From NCBI GenBank assembly GCA_964640155.1, contig CAZXEQ010000004.1:120001-152000 (forward strand): a DNA stretch of 32,000 nt, given 5' to 3'. The stretch comes from an uncultured bacterium (GTDB lineage Bacteria; Auribacterota; JACPWU01). The translations under genes were made by a program, and so were the position numbers. The notes under the pieces were generated by a model. The model made no database searches, was not told where the DNA came from, and saw only the letters and a program-made list of their open reading frames with translations. Each line of letters opens with the position of its first letter. Positions within the stretch are counted from its first letter, which is position 1. Positions 1 through 7,684 of this stretch are shown piece after piece.

Positions 1-732
1 AGAAATTTCATCCAGGAAAAGAGTTCCTCCATTTGCTTTTTCAAATCGTCCAATATGGCGCTCATGAGCCCCTGTAAAAGCCCCCTTTTCATGACCAAAG
101 AGTTCACTCTCCAGCAAATTTTCCGAGAGTGACGCACAATGAACAGCTACAAAAGGTTTTCCCTTCCGAGGGCTTAAGTTGTGAATGGAATTTGCAATAA
201 GTTCTTTTCCCGTTCCACTTTCCCCTTGAATTAAAATGGTTGCTTTTGTGGGAGCAACTTGTTGAATCAACTCGTGAATCTCTTGCATTTTAGAACTTTC
301 ACCAATTAATTTTTCAAAACCCTGCTTTTTATTGATTTGTTCTTTCAATAATTGATTTTCATTTTCTATTCTCTTAGCTTCAACTGTTCTGGAGAGAATA
401 ATCTCCAGTTCGTCAAGGTTAACGGGTTTTGAAAGATAGTCATGAGCTCCTTTTCTCATTGCCTCAACAGCAGTTTCAATGGAACCATAGGCTGTGAAAA
501 CAACAATTTTTAGCAGGGGATCTATTTTTTTAACTTCTTCGATTAATTGTAAGCCTCCCATGCTTGGCATGCGAAGATCTGTCAACATTAAATCAAAAGA
601 GTCTTTTTTCAAAATCTCTAGCGCGTCCAGCCCATTTTTTGCAAGCTGTACGTCATAGCTAGACTTGAGCGCTCTTGCCAACCCTTCTCGAGAGCTTATT
701 TCATCATCTACAATCAAAATTTTTGGTTTCAC
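1..732 (-). CDS. Sigma-54-dependent response regulator (NtrC family), partial: receiver + AAA+ domain; the C-terminal part lies beyond the window edge
   Basis: My own minus-strand translation from GTG at 732-730 gives [11 protein letters not shown]...[11 protein letters not shown] (receiver). It continues with [12 protein letters not shown] (Walker A), [15 protein letters not shown] (GAFTGA sigma-54 contact loop) and [10 protein letters not shown], which runs off position 1. The frame is open for all 244 codons. The GTG start overlaps the kinase stop as GTGA. It is absent from the ORF track because it has no stop inside the window. Confidence 0.9.
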   Translation of the reverse strand, partial: MKPKILIVDDEISSREGLARALKSSYDVQLAKNGLDALEILKKDSFDLMLTDLRMPSMGGLQLIEEVKKIDPLLKIVVFTAYGSIETAVEAMRKGAHDYLSKPVNLDELEIILSRTVEAKRIENENQLLKEQINKKQGFEKLIGESSKMQEIHELIQQVAPTKATILIQGESGTGKELIANSIHNLSPRKGKPFVAVHCASLSENLLESELFGHEKGAFTGAHERHIGRFEKANGGTLFLDEIS

Positions 733-1913
733 GTATTCACCTCTTCTGACTTTTTCTCAGGCAACAGTTGCATGCTTCTCTTAAAATCCAGAGGGAAGCT
801 TAACGTAAAAGTTGTTCCCTCTCCTTCTTTACTCAAGACTTCTATTTTTCCTCCGTGATTCTTTAAAATACGGTAAGAAATCATTAACCCTAGTCCAGAA
901 CCAGTGGTTTTTGTTGTAAAGTAAGGCTCAAAAATTTTTGTGAGAACTTCTTTTGGAATCCCTTCACCATTGTCTTCAAAGGAAACCCTAGCAAATCCCC
1001 CCATTTGATATACAAACACTTTCAAGATACCTCCGTGAGGCATTGCTTCAATAGCATTTTTAATAACATTTGAAAAAGCCTGTTTGATTTGATATTCATC
1101 AACCATTACTTTTGGAGTCTTAGGATCAAAAGATTTTTTAATAGTTATTTTATTTTGATGAAGCTCTTGATCAAAAATTTCAAATGTATCGTCTAAAAGA
1201 CTTACTAAATCAGAACCTTGAAGATTCGGTTTGATAGGTCGAGCTGCTGCCAAAAGATCTCGAACTGTATGATCCAATCGTTTAACCTCTGATTTAATAA
1301 CTTTAAGAGAATCTAAGAGTTCTTCTTTTGTTCCCGTATTATTTTTAATATCCCTTTCTAAAAGTTGCAAATGAATATCCATCGCATTTAAAGGATTTCC
1401 AATTTCATGTGCAATACAAGCAGCCATCAAATTGACCGTTTGAAGTTTTTCGGTACGTAAAGAATCCTGCTCTTCTTCTTTTTTGCGGGTAATGTCCGTT
1501 AAAATCAGAACCAATCCTAAAAAAGTATTTTCTGAACTAATCAGAGGAAACACATTTAAATGAAGGATTCGGGGCGTTGGTTGAAACACCTGAATATCTC
1601 GATGAATCAGTTTGCCCCAATCGGTTTGAATAAGCTGAGCAAGTTCTGACAGATCTAGAGATTCTAAATATTCAGGAAGACTTTTATGGAGAAGTTCTTC
1701 TATTGAGGCGCCCAAAAAATCCTGCGCAGAATGGTTGAGAAGAATAATTTTTTGTTCTCGATCAGTAACAACAATACCTTCCAACATGCTGTTGAAAATA
1801 CTTTCAAGCAGGCCCTTTTCCTGAGCAAGCTTTACCAAATAACTTTCGACATTTTTTCGATCAACTCTCTCAATACGAGACAAAAGTTTTTCAAAGAAAG
1901 CAGACTTGCTCAT
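729..1913 (-). CDS. PAS-domain sensor histidine kinase (NtrB-like, HisKA + HATPase_c)
   Basis: 394 aa. The N-terminal half is PAS-like ([25 protein letters not shown]). H-box is [15 protein letters not shown] and ATP-binding boxes are FEDNGEGIP and GSGLGL. ATG at 1913. It overlaps the downstream regulator by 4 nt. Confidence 0.9.
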   Translation of the reverse strand: MSKSAFFEKLLSRIERVDRKNVESYLVKLAQEKGLLESIFNSMLEGIVVTDREQKIILLNHSAQDFLGASIEELLHKSLPEYLESLDLSELAQLIQTDWGKLIHRDIQVFQPTPRILHLNVFPLISSENTFLGLVLILTDITRKKEEEQDSLRTEKLQTVNLMAACIAHEIGNPLNAMDIHLQLLERDIKNNTGTKEELLDSLKVIKSEVKRLDHTVRDLLAAARPIKPNLQGSDLVSLLDDTFEIFDQELHQNKITIKKSFDPKTPKVMVDEYQIKQAFSNVIKNAIEAMPHGGILKVFVYQMGGFARVSFEDNGEGIPKEVLTKIFEPYFTTKTTGSGLGLMISYRILKNHGGKIEVLSKEGEGTTFTLSFPLDFKRSMQLLPEKKSEEVNT

Positions 1914-1917
1914 GATT

Positions 1918-2454
1918 TTATTTCACCACCTTTTTCTTCAGGTAAGAGTCGATTTTATTATCCTCTTTCGTTGTGGATGGTTTTAAAATTTCTGAGTCGA
2001 TAGTTCTTTTGTCCTCGCCTCTTTTAAATTCACAATTCCAGCATTTGATTGCAAACACCATCTTGCTGGAACATTTTGGACAAATCCAACCTTCAGGATT
2101 ATAAGGATCTCGAGGTGTTTCAGTTTTATAATAAGATTTTGCTACTTGAGAGGTAAAGGTGAGAAGACTATAAATAAAATAAATAATCCCTAAAATCAAA
2201 GCACTTAATATCCACCAAAGACTTCGGGTGTCTTCAGTGATATAAATTTGATAAACCAGCCAGCCAAAATTTAAAATAAGCCCTATATAGAGAAAAACAG
2301 TTAATGTTTGCCTTGCCCATATTTTTTTAGGAAGGGTCAAGATGTTTAAAGGAAGCAGAAAAGAAAAAAACAAATTTTTATGAGCAAAAATCAATCCCAA
2401 TGTTGCTCCTAAATTTAAAACAACGCTGATAATAATAGCTGTTCTAATCTTCAT
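1918..2454 (-). CDS. Polytopic membrane protein (about 4 TM) with a C-terminal CxxC...CxxC zinc-ribbon; first gene of the kinase/regulator operon
   Basis: 178 aa. Hydrophobic segments span roughly residues 5-100, followed by WICPKCSSKMVFAIKCWNCEF and a charged tail. ATG at 2454 is preceded by AAGGA. The stop lies 4 nt before the kinase ATG. No family recognised. Confidence 0.7.
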   Translation of the reverse strand: MKIRTAIIISVVLNLGATLGLIFAHKNLFFSFLLPLNILTLPKKIWARQTLTVFLYIGLILNFGWLVYQIYITEDTRSLWWILSALILGIIYFIYSLLTFTSQVAKSYYKTETPRDPYNPEGWICPKCSSKMVFAIKCWNCEFKRGEDKRTIDSEILKPSTTKEDNKIDSYLKKKVVK

Positions 2455-2506
2455 TTAATCCTTTTAGATATGGGCATAAATGTCTCATATAATCTTGTAT
2501 ATGGCA

Positions 2507-2535
2507 ATTATAGAGACGAGGAAATGCATTGTCAA
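2507..2535 (-). promoter_or_regulatory. Consensus sigma-70-type promoter: TTGACA, 17-nt spacer, TATAAT
   Basis: Minus strand reads TTGACAatgcatttcctcgtctcTATAAT (-35 = 2535-2530, -10 = 2512-2507). This is about 50 nt upstream of the ATG at 2454. Both hexamers match consensus exactly with the optimal spacer. Confidence 0.5.
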
Positions 2536-2545
2536 TAAAAATGGG

Positions 2546-2935
2546 TCAATTAGACACAGTTTTAGATTGATATAAATAATACAAAATAGAGAGAATTTCT
2601 TCTTGAGAGAGGTTTGCTTTAGGCATTTTTACGCTCGGTTTCATAAGTTTTGGATTTTCTATCCATGATTTGGCTAAGCCTGGGTTCATAGATTCTGAGA
2701 GTCGATCCAGATTTAATCCCATTTTACTTCCATTCCCCTGAAAATGATGGCAATTGACACAACCTGACTGTTGGAAAAGTTTTGCTCCTTCATGCAGACG
2801 AGCTTCCAATAAGTCAGGGGTTAAGATGGGCAAAGTTAAGGGTGTATATTTAACAGGTGTGGAATTTTCATAAAAAAATAGAAAATAAGAGATAAGTCCG
2901 ATGGGAATAAGATATAGGAGGATTTTAAGTTTCAT
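2546..2935 (-). CDS. Membrane-anchored class I c-type cytochrome
   Basis: Heme motif CVNCH with a downstream Met-ligand candidate (PSVKMPKA). N-terminal signal/anchor is MKLKILLYLIPIGLISYFLFF. I prefer the ATG at 2935; the track start at 2983 would overlap the upstream gene by 26 nt. Confidence 0.75.
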   Translation of the reverse strand: MKLKILLYLIPIGLISYFLFFYENSTPVKYTPLTLPILTPDLLEARLHEGAKLFQQSGCVNCHHFQGNGSKMGLNLDRLSESMNPGLAKSWIENPKLMKPSVKMPKANLSQEEILSILYYLYQSKTVSN

Positions 2936-2957
2936 GATTTTTAAGGTTGAAGTTGGG

Positions 2958-4469
2958 CTAAGAAGGCAAAAGAATTTTTTCATCTAAGATAAAATGAGAA
3001 TCGACGCTATCCAGTAAATCTCCAGAAGTATTATGTAGAAAAGAAGCAACTTCAACACGAATGTTTTTTGTTTGAAGCATTTTGACTAAATCAACAAAAT
3101 CTCCATCACCACTTACAATGACAACTACATCAAGTTTGTCAGACAAAGAAATCGTATCAATTGCTATTCCTAAATCCCAATCTCCTTTAGCTGATCCATC
3201 AAAGCGTATTTTAAGGCTTCTTGTTTTTACTTCATAGCCAAGGGATTCTAATGCACTAATAAAATTGTTTTGATTAATTTCAGGGGTTTTTACAACGTAA
3301 GCAGTTGCTTTAATCAATGTTCTCCCCCGCAAGGTTTCATAAAGTAGTTTTTGAAAATCAAGTCGTCCTTCGAATTTTTCCTTGGCTGCATAGAAGATAT
3401 TCTGAACATCCACAAAGATCCCGACACGAGGAGTTGTACTTTTAACAACTTTTTTAATCACTTTTTTGGCGTCGGTTTCTCTTTTGAGAAGCTCTTTGAG
3501 TCGATGTATCTCCTCACCTCTTTCTTCTATTAATATTTCTTTAACTTTAAGTTGTTTTTCTAAATTTAAAATATCTTTTTTAAGTTTCTCGCTCTCTTCT
3601 TTGAATTTTTTAAAAGATTGAATATCTTTCTCTTTTTTCTCTAAGTCATGATCAAACATTTTCTTTTCGCGTTCTAACTGATGAACTTTTCTTTGAAATT
3701 CTTCAATATCTTGATTTTCAATTTTAATATTTTTGATCGTTTGCTCTAAATCTTTAATTTTTTGAGACGTGGTATTTTTATCGTGTTTGAGTTGCTGAGT
3801 TTCAGAAAGAGATATTTTATATTGCTCTTGAATCTCTCTTAATCTTTTATCAAGCTGTGTATTCTTATCTCTTAACTTTTCAATTTCATCTTGGGCTTGA
3901 GATAATTCTTTTTTTATCGACGATAATTCTGACTCTATCTGAGATGGGATACGAGGTTGTGGCATGCTCGGTTTTTTTAAGTTAGAGCTTTCAGTTTTTT
4001 GAAGTTGCTGCAGGATGCTGGTAAATTTACGAATGGTTTCCAGAACTTTTAAGATAAAAATAGGAATGATACTTACAGCCTCGGGACGTTCATCAGACAG
4101 AAGAGCCCATAAATACTTCCCCACTTTCCCTGTGGCCATCATAGGACTATTAGATTCTCTCAATTTGGTAAGAACATCTGGAATGGATGTGGAGGATACT
4201 TCTTGTAGTTCAGCTTTGGCGGCAATATTTAAATAATACGCCAACAACTCACGAGCCTTTGGATTTTTAAAATATTCCTGTGAAATTTCTCTCGCCATTA
4301 AATCAGGCGACAAAGAAGATCCTTTTGATTCAAGACTTTGAATCCTGCATTGGCTAGCAATCATCTCCATTTCATTTTGAGAGAGACAATCTTTCAGAAT
4401 CCAAGACATGGCATCTTTGGAAACATACTTTTCGATGAGGATAAAAATTTCTTTCGAGGTTTTAGCCAT
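2958..4469 (-). CDS. NYN (LabA-like, PF01936-type) domain protein with a novel N-terminal helical domain and a ~160-residue coiled coil
   Basis: 503 aa. The C-terminal ~150 aa (about nt 2985-3428) carry LabA/NYN hallmarks: GIFVDVQNIFY, DWDLGIAID, VVIVSGDGDFVDLV. Residues ~175-335 are heptad-like K/E/Q-rich coiled coil. Residues 1-165 are unrecognised. ATG at 4469 lies 5 nt after the radC stop. Confidence 0.8.
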   Translation of the reverse strand: MAKTSKEIFILIEKYVSKDAMSWILKDCLSQNEMEMIASQCRIQSLESKGSSLSPDLMAREISQEYFKNPKARELLAYYLNIAAKAELQEVSSTSIPDVLTKLRESNSPMMATGKVGKYLWALLSDERPEAVSIIPIFILKVLETIRKFTSILQQLQKTESSNLKKPSMPQPRIPSQIESELSSIKKELSQAQDEIEKLRDKNTQLDKRLREIQEQYKISLSETQQLKHDKNTTSQKIKDLEQTIKNIKIENQDIEEFQRKVHQLEREKKMFDHDLEKKEKDIQSFKKFKEESEKLKKDILNLEKQLKVKEILIEERGEEIHRLKELLKRETDAKKVIKKVVKSTTPRVGIFVDVQNIFYAAKEKFEGRLDFQKLLYETLRGRTLIKATAYVVKTPEINQNNFISALESLGYEVKTRSLKIRFDGSAKGDWDLGIAIDTISLSDKLDVVVIVSGDGDFVDLVKMLQTKNIRVEVASFLHNTSGDLLDSVDSHFILDEKILLPS

Positions 4470-4474
4470 AGAAG

Positions 4475-5167
4475 TTAAACTTCTTGTTGGAAACCCAATT
4501 GATTGGTGGCATCTAGTTCTCGTAAACTTGAATAATTTTCTTTAGCAATAATGATATGATCTACAACTTCAATACCTAAAAGTTTTCCTGCATGACAAAG
4601 CCGTTTTGTGACCAGCGTGTCCTCATGGCTAGGATTCACGTCACCAGAAGGATGATTATGAACAAATAATACTGCGGATGCTGATATTTGAATGGCCGGT
4701 TGAAAAGCTTCTCTTGGGTGAACCAAACTTTCATTTAAAGACCCAACTGAAATAGTTTCTTGATGAATCACTTGTTTTCGAGAATTTAAATAGATGGCTA
4801 TAAAGTGCTCTTTCTTTGAATCCTTAATATGTGAAACCAAAGCAAGGGCATCTTTAGGTTTAAGAATGGTGTGCGAAACACCCAATCCCTTTTGAAAAGC
4901 TCTTTTTGAAAGTTCAAAAGCGGCCATGAGTGTACTTGCTTTAGCTGATCCTACTCCCTTGATTTCTTTAAGATGATCTAGTTTGAGCTCTAAAAGTTTT
5001 TCCAAGGAATGTTTTTTTAGAATCTCACGAGAAATTTCAAGGACATTTTTCTTTTGTCGTCCTGTTCTTAAAAGAATGGCGAGAAGTTCATGATCTTTTA
5101 GATTTTCTGGCCCTTTAGCTTCAAGTTTTTCTCTAGGAAGAAGCTCGTCTGTGGATTGAAGTGTCAT
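4475..5167 (-). CDS. radC: RadC (UPF0758) JAB/MPN-domain protein, full-length type with N-terminal HhH
   Basis: 230 aa. HhH region is LKEIKGVGSAKASTLMAAFEL. JAMM-like motif is HNHPSGDVNPSHED. Typical radC length. Confidence 0.9.
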   Translation of the reverse strand: MTLQSTDELLPREKLEAKGPENLKDHELLAILLRTGRQKKNVLEISREILKKHSLEKLLELKLDHLKEIKGVGSAKASTLMAAFELSKRAFQKGLGVSHTILKPKDALALVSHIKDSKKEHFIAIYLNSRKQVIHQETISVGSLNESLVHPREAFQPAIQISASAVLFVHNHPSGDVNPSHEDTLVTKRLCHAGKLLGIEVVDHIIIAKENYSSLRELDATNQLGFQQEV

Positions 5168-5198
5168 AGCTTCACTTCTTAGTTGATTATGATGAAAT

Positions 5199-5342
5199 TT
5201 AGTAAGACATCCCTAAAGATGGATTTGTTTCCCAGGACTCTGGCTGTGACCAAGGCAAGGAAGAACCCCCTTCAGGAGTTGAACATCCTTGGATTACAAA
5301 ACAACTTAAAACAACCATAAAAATCAAAGTTACCCTTACCAT
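5199..5342 (-). CDS. Candidate 47-aa lipoprotein (micro-ORF below the track cutoff)
   Basis: My translation is MVRVTLIFMVVLSCFVIQGCSTPEGGSSLPWSQPESWETNPSLGMSY*. It has a basic n-region, a 14-residue hydrophobic core and a lipobox-like IQGC, then a polar P/S/W-rich mature part. It sits 31 nt upstream of radC on the same strand. There is no clear SD, and the ATG lies about 11 nt after a -10-like box, so it may be near-leaderless. Confidence 0.45.
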   Translation of the reverse strand: MVRVTLIFMVVLSCFVIQGCSTPEGGSSLPWSQPESWETNPSLGMSY

Positions 5343-5353
5343 GTTTTGAATCG

Positions 5354-5382
5354 ATTATGTAAAAATTTGAACATGAATGCAA
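5354..5382 (-). promoter_or_regulatory. Sigma-70-like promoter: TTGCAT, 17-nt spacer, CATAAT
   Basis: Minus strand reads TTGCATtcatgttcaaatttttaCATAAT (-35 = 5382-5377, -10 = 5359-5354). It lies just upstream of the micro-ORF/radC array. Confidence 0.35.
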
Positions 5383-5416
5383 TTAAATTTTTGAAAAGCA
5401 TACTCTTTTACGAATC

Positions 5417-5594
5417 CGGGTGGCACAAATCTGGGGTCCCTTTCCCGCAAGGTCCGATGCGGACGAAGGCAAAGGGTTCTCACTTTTATACACTCTCAAA
5501 CTTTTTCTTACAAACACATTGAGAATATGATCAGTTACGGGCGATGGAACCGCCGGACCTGAGGACAAAGGGGTAAGATTTGTGACAGGACCCG
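5417..5594 (-). ncRNA. Structured GC-rich RNA candidate with 6S-RNA-like architecture (closing stem, large central bubble, apical hairpin); strand tentative
   Basis: Hand-paired imperfect inverted repeats:
- 5417-5421/5590-5594
- 5424-5432/5576-5584
- 5438-5443/5567-5572
- 5448-5449/5560-5561
- 5451-5456/5554-5559
- 5459-5462/5550-5553
- apical hairpin 5494-5499/5519-5524
The GC content stands out against the AT-rich surroundings. No covariance-model check was possible. Strand is chosen from neighbour orientation and a weak resemblance to the 6S 3' bubble strand. Confidence 0.4.
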
Positions 5595-5619
5595 CTCCTT
5601 TATTAAACTCCTCATTCTC

Positions 5620-6039
5620 CTACTTCAAAAACTTACGATATCGATTCTTCTTTTCAGAAATTTCATGCTCCATGATTTTCATAAAAAGAAGAGGAGAAAG
5701 ACATCTTGCCCCCAATGCATTCACCAACTCTTCTATGCTGTGATCTGATGTCACCACCATGAAGTTTTTTTTAACAACGCTTTGACCAATTATCTTCTCA
5801 ATTACCGAATCCGCACTAGAAAGTTCTCCACTAAATATAAGCTCTAGCTTAGGAACCTCGTGCAACTCTTTTTTCCCGGGTCCATCAAAAACAAGCGTGA
5901 TTTCATCTTCGCTCCAGTCTCGATATTGACTAAGATCATGAATAAGATGATTGGTTGCAGATATAAAACTTTTTGCCAAGATTTGACGATAAGAAGGAAC
6001 TGAATATAAAAAATTTTGAGCATCTATGAGGATATGCAT
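5620..6039 (-). CDS. YacP/Rae1-like NYN domain protein (PF05991-type putative ribonuclease)
   Basis: From the ATG at 6039: MHILIDAQNFLYS...ITLVFDGPG...ELIFSGELSSADSVIEKI...MVVTSDHSIEE...GA. This matches the YacP pattern (DGYN-like N-terminus, VFD, ADxxIe, VVTSD). The 84-codon upstream extension in the track overlaps the divergent promoter and ppiD-like start, so I reject it. Confidence 0.75.
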   Translation of the reverse strand: MHILIDAQNFLYSVPSYRQILAKSFISATNHLIHDLSQYRDWSEDEITLVFDGPGKKELHEVPKLELIFSGELSSADSVIEKIIGQSVVKKNFMVVTSDHSIEELVNALGARCLSPLLFMKIMEHEISEKKNRYRKFLK

Positions 6040-6060
6040 CGTTTTTTTAAGTATATTTGA

Positions 6061-6109
6061 TTGCAGTTTTAGCCCGACAGAATATAATAGCCTAAATGTA
6101 AATTGACAA
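6061..6109. promoter_or_regulatory. Face-to-face divergent promoters sharing one AT box
   Basis: Plus strand: TTGCAG (6061-6066), 16-nt spacer, TATAAT (6083-6088), then AAGGGG SD and ATG at 6119. Minus strand: TTGTCA (6109-6104), 17-nt spacer, TATATT (6086-6081), towards the ATG at 6039. Confidence 0.4.
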
Positions 6110-6118
6110 GGGGTAAAA

Positions 6119-7684
6119 ATGCTAAAAGTTATTCGTAAGAATACTAAATTGATCTTGTGGGTTTTACTTCTTCTGATCGTTCCTCCTTTTGTTTTCTTTG
6201 GAATTGAAAGTGCTTTCGTCAGAAAAAATGATCGCATTATGGGAGTTCTTTTTGGCAAAAAGATCTCTCTATCAGATTTTTTAAAAGCCAAAAGCCATGC
6301 AGCAGCAATGATCAGCCTACGACAACCTCAAGGACTGGATGATACATTTGTTACCCATTTAGCTTGGCAAAGATTGGTTTTTCTTCATGAAGCTCATCGC
6401 TCTGGCTTCAGAATCAGCGATGAAGAATTGTCCCAAGCCATTCAAAAAGCTTTTGCTAACAAGGATGGTTTTGACCCAAAAATGTATCAGCTTTTTGTTG
6501 AAAAATCTCTTCACTTGCCTGTTTTTGAATTTGAAAAAGCCTTTCGTGAAACCCTTTTAATGGAGAAATATCAAAACACGCTTGCAAATTTAGTAGATGT
6601 TTCTGACGAAGAGATTTACGAATCATTTTTCTATGAAAATCAAAAAATAGAAACCCTTTATTGTGAAATTCCTTCTGAACGCTTTTTAAAAGATGTTGCT
6701 GTTTCCTCAGACGAAGTGTTGGTTTATTTTAATGAACACAAAGAAGCATTTCGCGTAGGCCTGCAAAGAAGCGTAGAATATATCTCTATTTCATTAAAGC
6801 AAATGCAAGAACGAATCGAACTCAAACCCGAGGAAATAGAAGCTTATTACACTCAGAATAAAGATATATACAAAGAGCCTCTTAACCAAATTTCCGAAAA
6901 AGTTCAAAATAACTTAAAGGGTCAAAAGGCTTATGAAAAAGCAGGTAAATTAGTCAATCGACTTTATCGTAAGTTTTCTAAGAGAAAAGCCCATGTGTCT
7001 GAAATAGCTGAAAAGGAAGGTTTTGCCATTCAATCAGTCCCCTTCTTCGTCCAAGAAAATCCTCCCCAAATCTGGAAGGATCGTTCAGACGTTGCCCAAC
7101 AAATTTTTTCAGGAAAATTGAACCGATCTTTAAAGCCTCTCTTAGTCCAGGATTTTTATTATTTAATCATTCCTAGAGAAGAAAAAGCTTCTTATCTTCC
7201 TGAATTAAGCGAAGTCGAAAGCAAAGTGCGAGATATTTTGATTGAAGCAAAAGCAAAAGAAGAAGCAAAAAAACAAGCAGAATTAATTTTAGAGAAAGTT
7301 CGTTCAGTGATTTCCGAGAAAAAACTTGGGTTTTCACAAAGCTGCGAAGGCGTGGGCGAAAAATCTTTAGAAATCCCTGCTTTTACACGAAATCAAGCAC
7401 ACTTTCCTAATGATCCTTTATCTAGTTTGAAGAATAAAGCATGGGAACTTAAAGATGGTGATATCTCCGATGTTTTGACCACACAAAAAGGAAGTGCGTT
7501 TATTTATATTTCAAAAAGGATTTCTCCTGCTAAAGAAGATTTTGAAAAAGTAAAAGCATCTTTAAGAACTAGAGTTCGAGATCAAAAACGTCAGAGGATT
7601 TTCTACGATTATTATGATGGTTTGATGAAGGAATGTCAGATCTTTGATATGCGTGCAACTCAAGAGGTTGCCCCAGCTTCTTAA
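6119..7684 (+). CDS. ppiD: PpiD-like periplasmic chaperone (N-terminal membrane anchor, SurA_N-like region, degenerate parvulin-like C-terminus)
   Basis: 521 aa. The N-terminus [29 protein letters not shown] is the PpiD signature. The C-terminal [21 protein letters not shown] resembles a degenerate parvulin strand pattern. Confidence 0.7.
   Translation: MLKVIRKNTKLILWVLLLLIVPPFVFFGIESAFVRKNDRIMGVLFGKKISLSDFLKAKSHAAAMISLRQPQGLDDTFVTHLAWQRLVFLHEAHRSGFRISDEELSQAIQKAFANKDGFDPKMYQLFVEKSLHLPVFEFEKAFRETLLMEKYQNTLANLVDVSDEEIYESFFYENQKIETLYCEIPSERFLKDVAVSSDEVLVYFNEHKEAFRVGLQRSVEYISISLKQMQERIELKPEEIEAYYTQNKDIYKEPLNQISEKVQNNLKGQKAYEKAGKLVNRLYRKFSKRKAHVSEIAEKEGFAIQSVPFFVQENPPQIWKDRSDVAQQIFSGKLNRSLKPLLVQDFYYLIIPREEKASYLPELSEVESKVRDILIEAKAKEEAKKQAELILEKVRSVISEKKLGFSQSCEGVGEKSLEIPAFTRNQAHFPNDPLSSLKNKAWELKDGDISDVLTTQKGSAFIYISKRISPAKEDFEKVKASLRTRVRDQKRQRIFYDYYDGLMKECQIFDMRATQEVAPAS

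Noticed and set aside
5421-5436. TGGCAC hexamer (sigma-54 -24 element) near an NtrC-type regulator locus
   Set aside because: The expected TTGC(A/T) -12 element five nucleotides downstream is missing (the sequence is TGGCACaaatcTGGGG). The hexamer is part of the RNA stem.
5540-5556. GGCGATGGAACCGCC resembles the 5' part of the fluoride (crcB) riboswitch
   Set aside because: The downstream CUGAUG...CCUAC pseudoknot half is absent. The segment is instead part of the long closing stem and bubble, and no fluoride transporter gene follows.
5383-5568. 61-aa minus-strand ORF in the track (MSSGPAVPSPV...)
   Set aside because: It runs straight through both arms of the inverted repeat of the structured-RNA candidate. 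It has no SD and no recognisable protein features. The open frame is most simply a by-product of the GC-rich RNA-like sequence.
5168-5619. RNase P RNA, tmRNA or SRP RNA in the 452-nt spacer
   Set aside because: I looked on both strands for the following and found none in the correct form or order:
- GAGGAAAGUCCGGGC and ACAGAACCCGGCUUA (RNase P)
- a GGGG...UUCGACG 5' end and a T-arm/CCA tRNA-like 3' end (tmRNA)
- GGUCCGGAAGGAAGCAGC (SRP domain IV)
Only loose fragments occur (GGGAAAGGGACC, AGAACCC), and they are in the wrong order.
6040-6291. N-terminal extensions of track ORFs. Besides this region they are 11649-11819, 24802-24864, 26803-26838, 2936-2983, 19695-19721 and 23814-23825.
   Set aside because: In each case the homologous domain begins at an internal ATG that has a better SD or forms an ATGA overlap. 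The extension would overlap a neighbouring gene or promoter.
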